Positions 1 through 10,314 of a stretch of DNA of 64,000 nt are shown in pieces. Origin of the DNA: an uncultured Gemmatimonadales bacterium (GTDB lineage Bacteria; Gemmatimonadota; Gemmatimonadetes; Gemmatimonadales; GWC2-71-9); the NCBI GenBank assembly GCA_963842945.1, contig CAWJIM010000006.1, positions 1 through 64,000 on the forward strand, read 5' to 3'. Position 1 is the first letter of the stretch. Each line of letters begins with the position of its first letter. The position numbers and the translations under genes were made by a program. The notes below the pieces were generated by a model. That model had not been told where the DNA came from and made no database searches. It saw only the letters and a list, made by a program, of their open reading frames with translations.

Positions 1-2
1 CC

Positions 3-1802
3 TCACTTTCCCTTCGGCATAAGCGTCAACGTCGGCTGCGGCTCGGGCTGGACCAGCTTCACCGATTTCACCTTGCTGCCATCCATGGTGTAGTCGAGGA
101 AGAATCCGGCCGGCGTGTCCCCACCGCTGAGCCGAAAGCGGGTGGCACTGACCGGAACCAGGGTGTAGGGCGGTTGTCCCGGCACGGTCAGCTTGAGCTG
201 CCCTCCCACAACCTGTACCTCGGCCGTTATGGGAATGCCCGAGGCGGCAAAGGCGCCGGCGTACTTGGGGAGCTCGCTAAGGGCTAGCTGCACCGCCGGC
301 GTGGTGTCGACGACCTCAGGCTTGCGCTTGAACTCGGCGAGATCCTGGATCTTCATCTCGTCTACCTTGCTGTCGGCGTCGAGATCGAAAGTGACGAAGC
401 CCTTGCCCTGGCTCCGCTCCCGCCAGATCGAGCGGAAGGTGTCGTGCTGCCAGTGCTCCAGGTCTCCCACCATGGTGCCGTAGCGCAGCACCAGCTTTCC
501 ACCGTCCTGTTTCACCGACACCTCGCCGTACATGCTGTCGGCGTAGGTGCCGGCGTATTGCTCCAGCGGCAACGAGGGCTGGTGCCCTCGACCCTGGCGG
601 CCTCGCGCTTCTTCTCCTCGGCCTTGCCCGCGCCACAGCTCCTCGATCCCTTGTGCAGCTGCGCGCTCCAGTCCTTCGGCGGGTCTTCAGGAAGGCGTCG
701 AACACCCGGTACATGAGCGCGTCGGAAGAGGTTGCCGTCCATGTTGGTCAGGATCACGAGGCCGAACTTCTCCTCCGGCATCAATCCCACCAGCGCGCGC
801 ATGCCGTCGATGTTGCCGCCGTGCTGCACGATGTTCCGGCCGCGGTAGTCGCTGAGGAACCAGCCCAGGCCGTAGGAGCCAGAGGTGCGCCTCCGGGATC
901 ATCAGCTGCCATGGCGCCTTCCAGCGGCATGATGGTCTGCGGCGTGTGCATCTCATCGACGCGCGCTTGCTGATCAGCTGCTTGCCCGCGAACTTGCCGC
1001 CGCCGAGCTGCAGGCGCACCCACTGCGCCATGTCGACGGCGTTGGAGTTGATCGAGCCGGCCGGCGCGATGTTGTCGATGTTGCGATAGGGGATGGCGCG
1101 CACCGTGTCGTCATCTCGTCGTGCGGGACTGGCGACGTCGGGCTGCCGCTCGAGAGCCTTGGTGCTGGTGTTGCTCGAGCGTCATGCCGAGCGGCTGGAA
1201 GATCCGCTCGCTGGATGAAGTCGTCCCAGCGTCTTGCCGGTGACCCGGGACGCCACCTGGCCGGCGGCGAGGTACATGATGTTCTGGTAGCCGAAGTGGG
1301 AGCGGAAGCTCCAGGACGGCTCGAGGAAGCGCACGCGCGGAGGATCTCGTCGCGGTCGTAGTCCGGGCCGTACCAGACAGGTCTCCGCGCGCGAGCCCGC
1401 TGCGGTGGCTCGAGCAGGTCGCGGACGGTGATCTCGCGGGTGGCGTAGGGGTCGTAGAGCTGGAAGCCCGGCAGGTACTTCGTGGCGGGATCGTCCCACC
1501 GGACCTTGCCCTCGTCGACGAGCATCGCGACGGCCGCGGCGGTGAACGCCTTGGAGGAGGAGCCGATGGCGAAGAGTGTGCGCTCGTCGACCGGGTCCGG
1601 CTTGCCCAGCGTCCGCACGCCGTAGCCTTTGGCGTGGATCACCGAGTCGTTCCGCACGATCGCGAGGGCGAGCCCGGGAACTTTCCAGTCGGCCAGCCTT
1701 GGTGACGTAGTCATCGAGACCCTGCAGCGGCTTGGACTGCGCCCGGGCCGTCGGAAGGCGACAGGGTCGATACAACAAGACGGAAGCCAAACGAGGTCTC
1801 AT
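3..1802 (-). CDS. Exported serine hydrolase (beta-lactamase/S12 family) with C-terminal DUF3471-like domains; split by several frameshifts
   Basis: Joined ORF pieces give a signal peptide (MRPRLASVLL..), VPGLALAIV, SxxK (IGSSSK), YQN, PAGSINS, HGG(N)IDG and YAGTYADSMYGEV. Confidence 0.85.
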
Positions 1803-1861
1803 GGTGCGCTCCGGAAAAAGCTCTTGCGCGGGCGGCCTATGAAGGTCATTCTTGAGGCCAA

Positions 1862-1869
1862 TGTATACA
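1862..1869. promoter_or_regulatory. TGTATACA palindrome, candidate GntR operator 1
   Basis: AT-rich palindrome between the divergent serine hydrolase and menC-like genes; the same core occurs at 12743 and 15361. Confidence 0.6.
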
Positions 1870-1889
1870 ATAATGAATCCACTCGCCAG

Positions 1890-3015
1890 ATGGCGAGCGT
1901 GCGGCTGGAGCGCCTGAGCCTGCGCGAGATCCCGCTGCCCCTGAAGGAGCCGTTCCGGATTTCCTCGGGCATCCAGCGGTCCGGCGGATCCTGCTGCTGC
2001 AGCTGGAGGCCGACGGGGCGACGGGTGGAGCGAGTGCGTGGCGCCGGGGAGCCCAACTACAGCCCCGAGACGATCGACACCGCCTGGCTGGCGATCCGCG
2101 AGTGGGTCGCGCCGCGCGTGCTGGGCCGCTCGTTCGCCAGCCCGGCGAGGTCTTCCCCGCCCTCGAGCGCAACTTCCGCGGGACAACTGATGGCCAAGGC
2201 GGCGGTGGAGATGGCATGCTGGGCGCTGGCGGCCGAGCGGCGGGGCGTCTCGCTCGCCCGCCTGCTCGGCGGCACGCGCGACGCAGGTCGAGATCGGCAT
2301 CTCGCTCGGCATCCAGGCATCGCCCGGCGCCTGGTCGAGCGGGCCCGGCCGCGCGCTGGAGCAGGGCTACCGCAAGGTGAAGATCAAGATCCAGCCGGGC
2401 GCGGACGTCGAGTACGTCGGCGCGGTGCGCGAGGCGCTCGGCCCCAAGGCGCCGCTGATGGCCGACGCCAACAACGCCTACACGCTGGACGACGCCGACA
2501 CCCTGCGCGGCTCGACGAGCTCGGATCTGATCATGATCGAGCAGCCGCTCGCCTGGGACGACCTCGTGCGGCACGCCGAGCTGCAGCGGCGGCTGCGGAC
2601 GCCGATCTGCCTGGACGAGTCGATCACCTCGCTCGACCGCGCCCGGGACATGGTCGAGCTCGGGGGCGGCCGGATCGTCAACATCAAGCCGGGCCGGGTG
2701 GGCGGCTTCGCCGCGTCGATGGCGATCCACGACTTCTGCGCGGCGCACGGCATTCCGGTCTGGTGCGGCGGGATGCTGGAGAGCGGCGTGGGCCGGGCGT
2801 ACAACGTCGCGCTGGCGTCGCTGCCGAATTTCACCCTGCCCGGCGACCTCTCGCCGAGCGCGCGCTACTGGGAGCGCGACGTCGTGACGCCCGAGTGGAC
2901 GATGCACGAGGGGATGATGACGGTCCCGACGGGAGCCGGGATCGGAGTCGAGGTGGATCAGGAGCGCATTGAGCGAATGACGGTTAGCGCGAGCGACTCG
3001 ATGAGTGAGCAATGA
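1890..3015 (+). CDS. menC: N-succinylamino acid racemase / o-succinylbenzoate synthase (enolase superfamily); frameshifted
   Basis: LREIPLPLKEPFRISSG, KxK (KIKIQPG), MADAN, IEQP, LDES, NIKPGRVGG, WCGGMLESG, PGDLS; no other men genes, while GNAT and M20 neighbours favour NSAR. Confidence 0.88.
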
Positions 3016-4337
3016 GCTGCCGCGGACTGTCTGGGCTTTCGCCAGCTGATCGCGATCACCATCGGCACGGTGATCGGGTCCGGGATCTTCATCGTCCCCG
3101 GCGCGGTGATGCGGCAGACCGGCGGCTCGGTGCCGCTCTCGCTCCTGGTGTGGGTGGCCGGCGGTGTACTCTCGCTGCTCGGCGCGCTGACCTACGGCGA
3201 GATGGGGCGACCAAGCCGGAGGCGGCGGACTCTACGTCTATATCCGCGACGCGTTCGGCGGCTTCCCCGCCTTCCTCTACGGCTGGACAATGTTCTTCAT
3301 CACCGGCAGCGGCACCATCGCCACGCTCGCCGTCGCGTTCACGGCCTACCTGGGACAGCTGGTGCCGTTGACTCCGCTCTCGGGCCGGCTGGCCTCGGTC
3401 GCGATGCTGGCGGTCGTCAGTCGTGAACGTGCGGGGCACCGGCCGAGTGCCGGCTTCCAGGGCTGGACCACCCTGATCAAGGTGGCCGGCATCGTGCTGA
3501 TGAGCGCGTATTTCTGCTCTGGGGCCACGGGCTCGGCGCAGAGGAGCAGCGCACGACCCGGTATCGGGCGGGTCGCTCCTGGCCGGCTTCGGACTGGCGA
3601 TGATCGCGATGCTCTGGGCCTACGAGGGCTGGCAGTTCGTCACCTACTCCGCGGGTGAGATCAAGAACCCGCAGCGCACTTTCCTCGCGCTATCATGATC
3701 GGCACCGCGGCGCTGATAGCCATCTACCTGCTGGCCTGCATCGGCTACATCGCGGCGCTCGGTCCGGCCGGCGTCGCGTCATCGACCGGGTGGCCGCCGA
3801 GGCCACCACGGCACTGTTCGGGCCGGCCGCGGGGAAGCTGATCGCGGTCATGATCCTGATCTCCATCGTGAGCGCGACCAATGGAACGGTGCTGACCCTG
3901 CCCCGCGCGTTCTTCGCCATGGCGCGAGACGGGATCTTCTTCCGCCGGCTGGCCGAGGTGCATCCCCGCTTCGGCACTCCCGCGGTCGCGATCGTGGCCT
4001 CATCCCTCTGGTCGATGGTGCTCGCGGTCGAGCGGCACCTTCGAGCAGCTCCTCACCTACGTGGTGTTCATCGGCTGGATCTTCTACGGGCTGGGCGCGC
4101 TCTGCATTTCGCCTACCGGCGCAGGGAGCCGGACACTCCCCGCCCCTTCCGGGTCCCGGGGTATCCGGTGACTCCGATCCTCTTCGTCGCCTCGGCCGCG
4201 GCCATCGTGCTCAACACCATGGTGGCACAGCCGGGACGAGCGGCGCTCGGACTCGGTGTCCTGCTGCTGGATCGCCGGCGTATCTGATATGGCGGCGGGG
4301 CGGGCGCGGGGGCATGGAACGGCCGAGGCACGCATGA
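3005..4337 (+). CDS. APC-family amino acid permease; frameshifted
   Basis: [43 protein letters not shown]; many hydrophobic helices. Confidence 0.85.
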
Positions 4338-5097
4338 CCGGTGATGCAATCGTGATTCGCCGGGTGGAGACTCAGGCTGAGTACGAAGAGTGCGTCCGGA
4401 TCCAGGACGAGACCTGGGGCGCCGGCTTCAGCGAGCGGGTTCCCTCCGCCATTCTCAAGGTGTCGCAGTACCTCGGCGGCGTCACCGCGGCGGCTTTCGA
4501 TAGCGCTGGAGCCGAGCCAGGATCCTGGGCTTCGTCTTCGGAATGACCGGCGTTCGCGACGGCGAGCTGGTACACTGGTCGGACATGCTCGCGGTGCGGC
4601 CCGAAGCGCGGGACCACGGCATCGGCCGCCGGCTCAAGCTGTACCAGCGCTCGCTGGTGGCGGAGCTGGGAGTGACCCAGATTCTCTGGACCTTCGATCC
4701 CCTGGTGTCCCGGAACGCGCATCTGAACCTCAACGCGTTGGGTGCCCGGGTCACCGATTATGTGCCGGACATGTACGGCGCCGACACAGGGAGCGCGCTG
4801 CACCAGGGGATCGGGACCGATCGGTTCGTAGTGGCATGGGAGGTAAGCGGGGACGTCAGCGGGGCAGCGGGGCAGATGGGCAGCGGGGACGGAGGAAGGG
4901 ACAGAAGCGGGACGGAGGTGGTGGTGGAGATTCCGCAGGATATCCACCAGCTGATCGCGGTAGTCCGGCGGCCGCCCGGAAGTGGCGGGAGTCGACCCGC
5001 CCTGCCTTCCTCCGTCTCCTGGCCGATGGGTATCGGTGGCGGCTTCGAGCGTTCTCCCACCGGCGGCTTCTACCGGCTCACGCGAGGCACAGACTAA
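4334..5097 (+). CDS. GNAT acyltransferase, probable D-amino acid N-succinyltransferase; frameshifted
   Basis: HWSDMLAVRPEARDHGIGRRLKLYQR, WTFDPLVSRNAHLN, TDRFVVAW; ATGA overlap with the permease. Confidence 0.82.
4846..4892 (+). repeat. G-rich octamer array (AGCGGGGC)n inside the GNAT gene
   Basis: AGCGGGGACGTCAGCGGGGCAGCGGGGCAG matches 50200-50229 at 29 of 30 positions. Confidence 0.7.
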
Positions 5098-5176
5098 GGC
5101 GGCCGAGGTACGAGGAACGACCGATGCCCACAGCGACCGCAGCAACTCTCCAGCATCGAAATATCTAGGTGGCAGC

Positions 5177-6359
5177 TTGAAGCAAAGCCCAAAGCTTCGC
5201 TGGCCGGCCAGGCTCGGCTTCAGCCAGAAGGAGGCGGCGCGGCTGACCGCGCTCCGGCGCGACCTGCACCAGAATCCGGAGCTGTCCTGGAAAGAGGAGA
5301 AGACCGCGGCCCGGCTGGAGGCCGAGCTGAAATCGCTCGGGGCCACGGACATCCGGCGAGTGGTGGGAACCGGAGTCGTGGGACGAATTCCCGGCCGAGC
5401 AAAGGCCGGACGGTGGCGATCCGGGGCGATATCGACGCGCTGCCCATCGAGGAGGCAACCGGCCTCGACTTTGCCTCCAGCACCAAGGGCGTGATGCACG
5501 CGTGCGGGCACGACGTGCACGCGACCTGGGCGTCGGCGCGGGGTTGCTGCAGCAACACTCCCGCCGCAGGCGACGTGCTATCGGTGCTCCAGCCGCGGAG
5601 GAGGTGGGTGAGGGCGCCGCCGCGATTCTGGGAGACCGGCGCGCTGGACGAGGCGAAGGTGATCGTCGGCGCCCACGTGGACCGGCGTTACGGCGTGGGC
5701 CAGGTGGTGGCGCAGGAGGGACCGGTCAACGCTTCGACCGATAACTTCAAGATCGAGCTGATCGGAGCAGTAGCTCACGCCGCCCGTCCCCACGAGTCGG
5801 CCGATCCAATCGTGGGTGCGGCCGCGCTGATCACCGGGCTCCAGACGCTGGTGTCTCGCCGGCTCGATCCGTCGATCCCCGCCGTGGTCACCGTGGGAAC
5901 GGTGCACGCCGGCACCGCGGACAACATCATTCCCGATCGTGCCGAGCTGAGTGGGACGATTCGAGCGGTGACCCGCGCCTCGCGCGAGCTGCTGATGGAG
6001 GAGCTCAAGCGAGTGAGCACCCACGTGGCCCAGGCTCACCGGCTGAAAGCCCATGTTCTGTTCGATCAGGGAACGCCGCCGGTGGTGAACCCGGCCGAGC
6101 CGATTGGCTGGGCCCGAGAGGCGGTGAAGAGCGTCCTGGGCGAGAGCGCGCTGGTGCCGCTGACTGGAACCAACATGGGCGGCGAGGACTTCGCCTTCTA
6201 CCTGGAAAAGATTCCGGGCTGCTTTCTCAGGATCGGCGCCCGGGAGCCGGGAGGGCCCTGGCTGCCGGCGCACTCACCCGGGTTCATCGTGGCAGAGGAG
6301 AGCATTTCGTGGGTGCGGCCGTCCTGGCGGAGACTGCTCGCCGCGCTGCTCGAGTGTAA
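5177..6359 (+). CDS. M20D amidohydrolase (probable N-acyl/N-succinyl-L-amino acid hydrolase); frameshifted
   Basis: RRDLHQNPELS, IRGDIDALP, MHACGHDVH, AHAARPH, GGEDFAFY, HSP; start codon uncertain. Confidence 0.85.
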
Positions 6360-6393
6360 CGGACAGTACGAAAGGGGCGGGACAGCTCCCCGG

Positions 6394-6593
6394 CTCACCA
6401 CGGAGACACGGAATACACGGAGGTGGCACGGAACGCGCCACAGACATCGCGAAGGTGAATTTGTGGTCGAACAGCACACCCAAACAGTTCGATGAGCATG
6501 TGCTGGGCGGTGTGCTTCTCACCCAAAAGTGCTTGCGCGGTGCCTGCGAATGAGTCCGTGCCACCTCCGTGTATTCCGTGTCTCCGTGGTGAG
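6394..6593. repeat. Perfect 39-bp inverted repeat (6394-6432 / 6555-6593) around a 122-bp spacer
   Basis: CTCACCACGGAGACACGGAATACACGGAGGTGGCACGGA and its exact reverse complement, between convergent genes. Confidence 0.9.
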
Positions 6594-6604
6594 TCACACC
6601 TGCT

Positions 6605-8306
6605 CTACTTTCCAGAGGCTGGCTCTGTGCACAGGCACCCCGGAGCACCTCGCCCGCCTTGGCTCCAGTGTAGCCGCTCTGGTCCAGAGTGACCTCTCCG
6701 TTTACCACGACGTAGTCGATCCCCGCCGGCGCGGCGGTGGGCCGCTCCCAGGTGGCGTTGTCCTGGATCCGGTCGAAGTCGAACACGGTGATGTCGGCCC
6801 GCATGCCTTCCCGGATCACTCCCCGGTCGGCGAAATCCCATCCGGGCGGCCGGCCAGGAGGTCATCTTCCTGACCGCCTCCTCCAGAGTGAGCAGATGCC
6901 GCTTGCGCACGTACTCGGCGATGATCCGGGGGAAGGTGCCGTAGGCCCGGGGGTGCGGCAGGCCCAGCGCATCGACCTCGCCGAACTTCACGGCCGAGGC
7001 CGCGTCGGTGCCGATGCTGGTCCACGGCTGCCGCAGCGCGAGCGCGATGTCGCCCTCGTCCATCATGAAGAAGAGCGCCATCGCCCGGTTGGGCAGGGCC
7101 TCGAGCACGATGTCCCAGGCCACATCGGCGGGGTCCCGTCCGAGAGCCGTGGCGATGGCCGCGATGCTCTTCATGTGGTAGGCGGCGTACTTCTTGTTGA
7201 ACGGATTGGCCAGCACGACGTGGTCCCAGCCGCCTGACGCCTGCACCAGGTTGGACCAGCCCGGCTGAGATCCCGCCGCCACCTCCCGCTTGAGCCGCTC
7301 TCGCACCGCCGGGTCGCGCAGGCGGGCGTAGCCCTTCTCCTCTCCCTCGGCAAAGACCCAGTTGGGCACCGTGATGCTGAGGCCGGTCCCGCCGGCCGGA
7401 TAGGGATAAAGATCCGCGGCCACGTCGACGCCTCGGCCCCGGGCCGAATCGATCTGGGCGAGGGCCTGGGGCATGAGCCGGCCCCACCCAGGCGCGAACG
7501 CCGCCTTCAGGTGGAAGATCTCGACCTTCACGCCTCCCTTCTCACCGATCTCCACCGCCTCACGGATTCCGGAGACCAGGTTTTCGCTCTCGTCCCGCAT
7601 GTGGGTGGCGTAGAAGCCTCCGCAGGGCGAGACAATCTTGGCCAGCTCGATCAGGTCGGCGGTGGACTGGTAGCTGTCGGGCGGATAGATGAGCGCGCTG
7701 CTGATGCCGAGCGCACCGGCCTGCATGGCGAGAGTGACATCGGATTTCATTTTGGCCAGCTGCGCCGGCGTGGGAGTTCCGGCGCCGTCACCCATCACGT
7801 GGACCCGGGCCTGGGCCGCGCTGTAATAGCTGCCGAAATTGACCGCGATGCCCTGCCGCTCCAGCCGGGAGAAGTAGATGCTGATGCTCTCCGCCGGCAC
7901 CGGCGTGCCACCTTCCCCACCGATGAGCGTGGTGACACCCATGCGGAGCTTGTTCTCCGCGGCGGGACTCTCGAGCAGAACTTCTCCCGAGTGGTCCATC
8001 ATGTCGATCCAACCGGGTGAGACGTAGCGGCCCCGGGCGTCGATCTCCCGGCGGCCCTTGTCGGTCACCACACCGAGCTTCGCGATTCTTCCCTTACTGA
8101 TGCCCAGGTCGGCGCGCACCCAGGGATTGCCGGCCCCGTCGAGCACCCGCCCGTTCCGGATGACGAGGTCGTACTCCGTCCCGGACGGAGTGGGCTGAGG
8201 AGATGAGGGCGGGCTCGCGCACGCCGCGGAGAGCGCGAGGAGGACCGCCAAGGTGTCATTCTGAGCGCAGCGAAGATTCCATCCCTCGGCCAGGTGAGCC
8301 GCTCAT
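6605..8306 (-). CDS. N-acyl-D-amino-acid deacylase family amidohydrolase, predicted lipoprotein; frameshifted near 6830 and near the 5' end
   Basis: YDLVIRNGRVLDGAGNP, THMRDE, IFHLK, PHPRAYGTFPR, GMRADITVFD; lipobox LSAAC; TGATG overlap with the upstream gene at 8304-8308; 3' end approximate. Confidence 0.85.
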
Positions 8307-10298
8307 CAATAGTTGATGTCGAACGCGACGAGCTTGAACACCACGGCGATATAGAGCAGCGTCACCGTGGACAGCGCGAGCAGTCCGCTCCAGAGCTTTG
8401 AGGTCCAGGGGCGCTTGCCGCTCCAGGCCAGCCGGGCATTCCAGAGCGCCACACCTGCCGCGCCCAGGAACAGCACCAGACCGAGCAGCTGGAGCAGCCA
8501 GAGCCAGGGATCGCTCTTCGAGGTTAACGCCGAGACCTCCGAGCTCATTCGTTGGATTTGCCACATCCAGCCGGCCAGCAGGAGCAGCAGACCCAGGCCC
8601 GCAATGCGGACCCACCGGTAAGCTGTCCGGGCCCGGCCTTGCAGCGGAAAGGTCTGCCGATAGCGACGGCGAGCCAGCGCGGCCAGAGGCCAGGCGATCA
8701 CGGTCAGGATCAGCACCGCCAGGCTGAACTCGGCAAGCGGCACCAGCCACGAGGGCGACTTCCACCACCGAGTGGGCAGAAACACGATGAACGGCGAGAT
8801 CTCGTCGCCGCTCAACATCCTGACGCGTCCATTTTCCACCTTGGCGCCGGCCACGTTTCTGCCGTCGACCTCCTGCCAGACGAAGGGCCGGATCTCGCGC
8901 CAGTGCTTCGGCTCGCCGTTCAGACTGGTGAGGTACGGCAGGGTAATCTGGTGTCGGGATTGACCGTGACCTTACTGGGGCTGAGCAGGTCGGCCACGCC
9001 AAAGAAGTTGGAGACGGAATGGCGCGAGCTCTCGTACTGGCCGGCCACCTGGTGGGCATGGGTGTAGGCGATCTGCGGGTCCAGCGGCCTGGCCGTATCG
9101 GGAGCCGGCAGATAGCGGTCGGCGAACTGCTCGAAGACAGCGCCCCGGATGGGGCCCGCCGCGCCGGCCTTGCCGGGGCTGTTCACCGAGATGAAGATGC
9201 CGATACCATCGTCGATGAAGAGGTGCAGATCGCTGTGGAACCAGAAGGTGTCGCCCCCGTGGGCGATGGCCCGGTGACCATTGCGGTTGGTCTCGTAGAA
9301 GCCGAGCAGCATGCGGTTCACCGCCGGCATCAGCGTGAGCGCCGTCGTGTGCATGAGCCTGGCCGTCTCCGGGCGAAGGATGCTGGACTCGCCAAAGCGG
9401 CCGTTCTGCAGGTGGGCGATCATGAATCGCGCCCATGTCGGCGCCGGACGCGGAGAGGGCTCCCGCCGGGGCGCCCACCACCATCTCGAAGGGCTTGGGC
9501 TCGCCGGAGGAGGCGCTCTCATAGCCCTCCGACATGTCTTTGCGGAGTGACGTCGGCAGCGGCTGGCGAAAGGTCGCGTGCTCCATGCCGAGCGGCTGGA
9601 AGATGTGATGCTCGATGTACTGCTCGAACGGCTCGCCCGACACCCGCTCCACGATGTACCCGGACAGGGCGGTGGCGTAGTTGGAATAGGCGGGCACCGT
9701 TCCCGGCGGGTATATCCGCTTCGGAGTCCACGATTTCAGCCACTCGCCATTGGGCTGCACCTTGGTGGTGTCGTCGGAGAAGAGGTTGCGGCCGACCTCC
9801 TCGAATCCCGGCGTGTGGGTCATGGCGTCCCGCAGGGTGATGGGCTTGCCGAAGGCCGGAGGAATCTTGAAGTCGAGGTAGGTGTTGACGTCCTTATCCA
9901 GGTCGAGCTTGCCCTGTTCGACCAGCTGCATCACCGCAGTCCAGGTGAAGAGCTTGGAGACCGAGCCGGGCCGGAACAGCGTGAGGTCGGGATCGACCGG
10001 CTTCTTTCGTTTTGAGGTCGGCGTAGCCATAGCCCTTCTTGAAGAGAACCTCGCCGTCCTTGACCACCACCACCACAGCGCCGGGGATATCTCCCACCTG
10101 AAGAGCGTAGGGAAGGAAGCCGTCGAGCCAGGCCTGCACGTCGGCCCGGGTGAGCTGGGCCGCGCCCGCGGGCGGACCCTCCGGCCCGGCTCGCTCAGTG
10201 GGAGGCGCGGGCGGCCTCTGCGCCGGGCGCTGAGCTGCGAGATCATCCCAGCCGAGAGTCAACGCCGCGAGGAACAGTCCCACCAGGAATCGTGTCAT
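8306..10298 (-). CDS. Serine hydrolase (beta-lactamase family) with C-terminal transmembrane helices; frameshifted
   Basis: Signal peptide MTRFLVGLFLAAL, PGSVSK, AYSNY, HGGDT; about four hydrophobic C-terminal helices. Confidence 0.85.
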
Positions 10299-10314
10299 GC
10301 GTTCACCTGTCGGT

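Noticed and set aside
1890..3015. Menaquinone biosynthesis operon
   Set aside because: No menB, menD, menE or menF nearby; neighbours match the NSAR pathway
6424..6440. Sigma-54 promoter (TGGCACG...)
   Set aside because: No TTGC at the -12 position; it lies inside the inverted repeat between convergent genes
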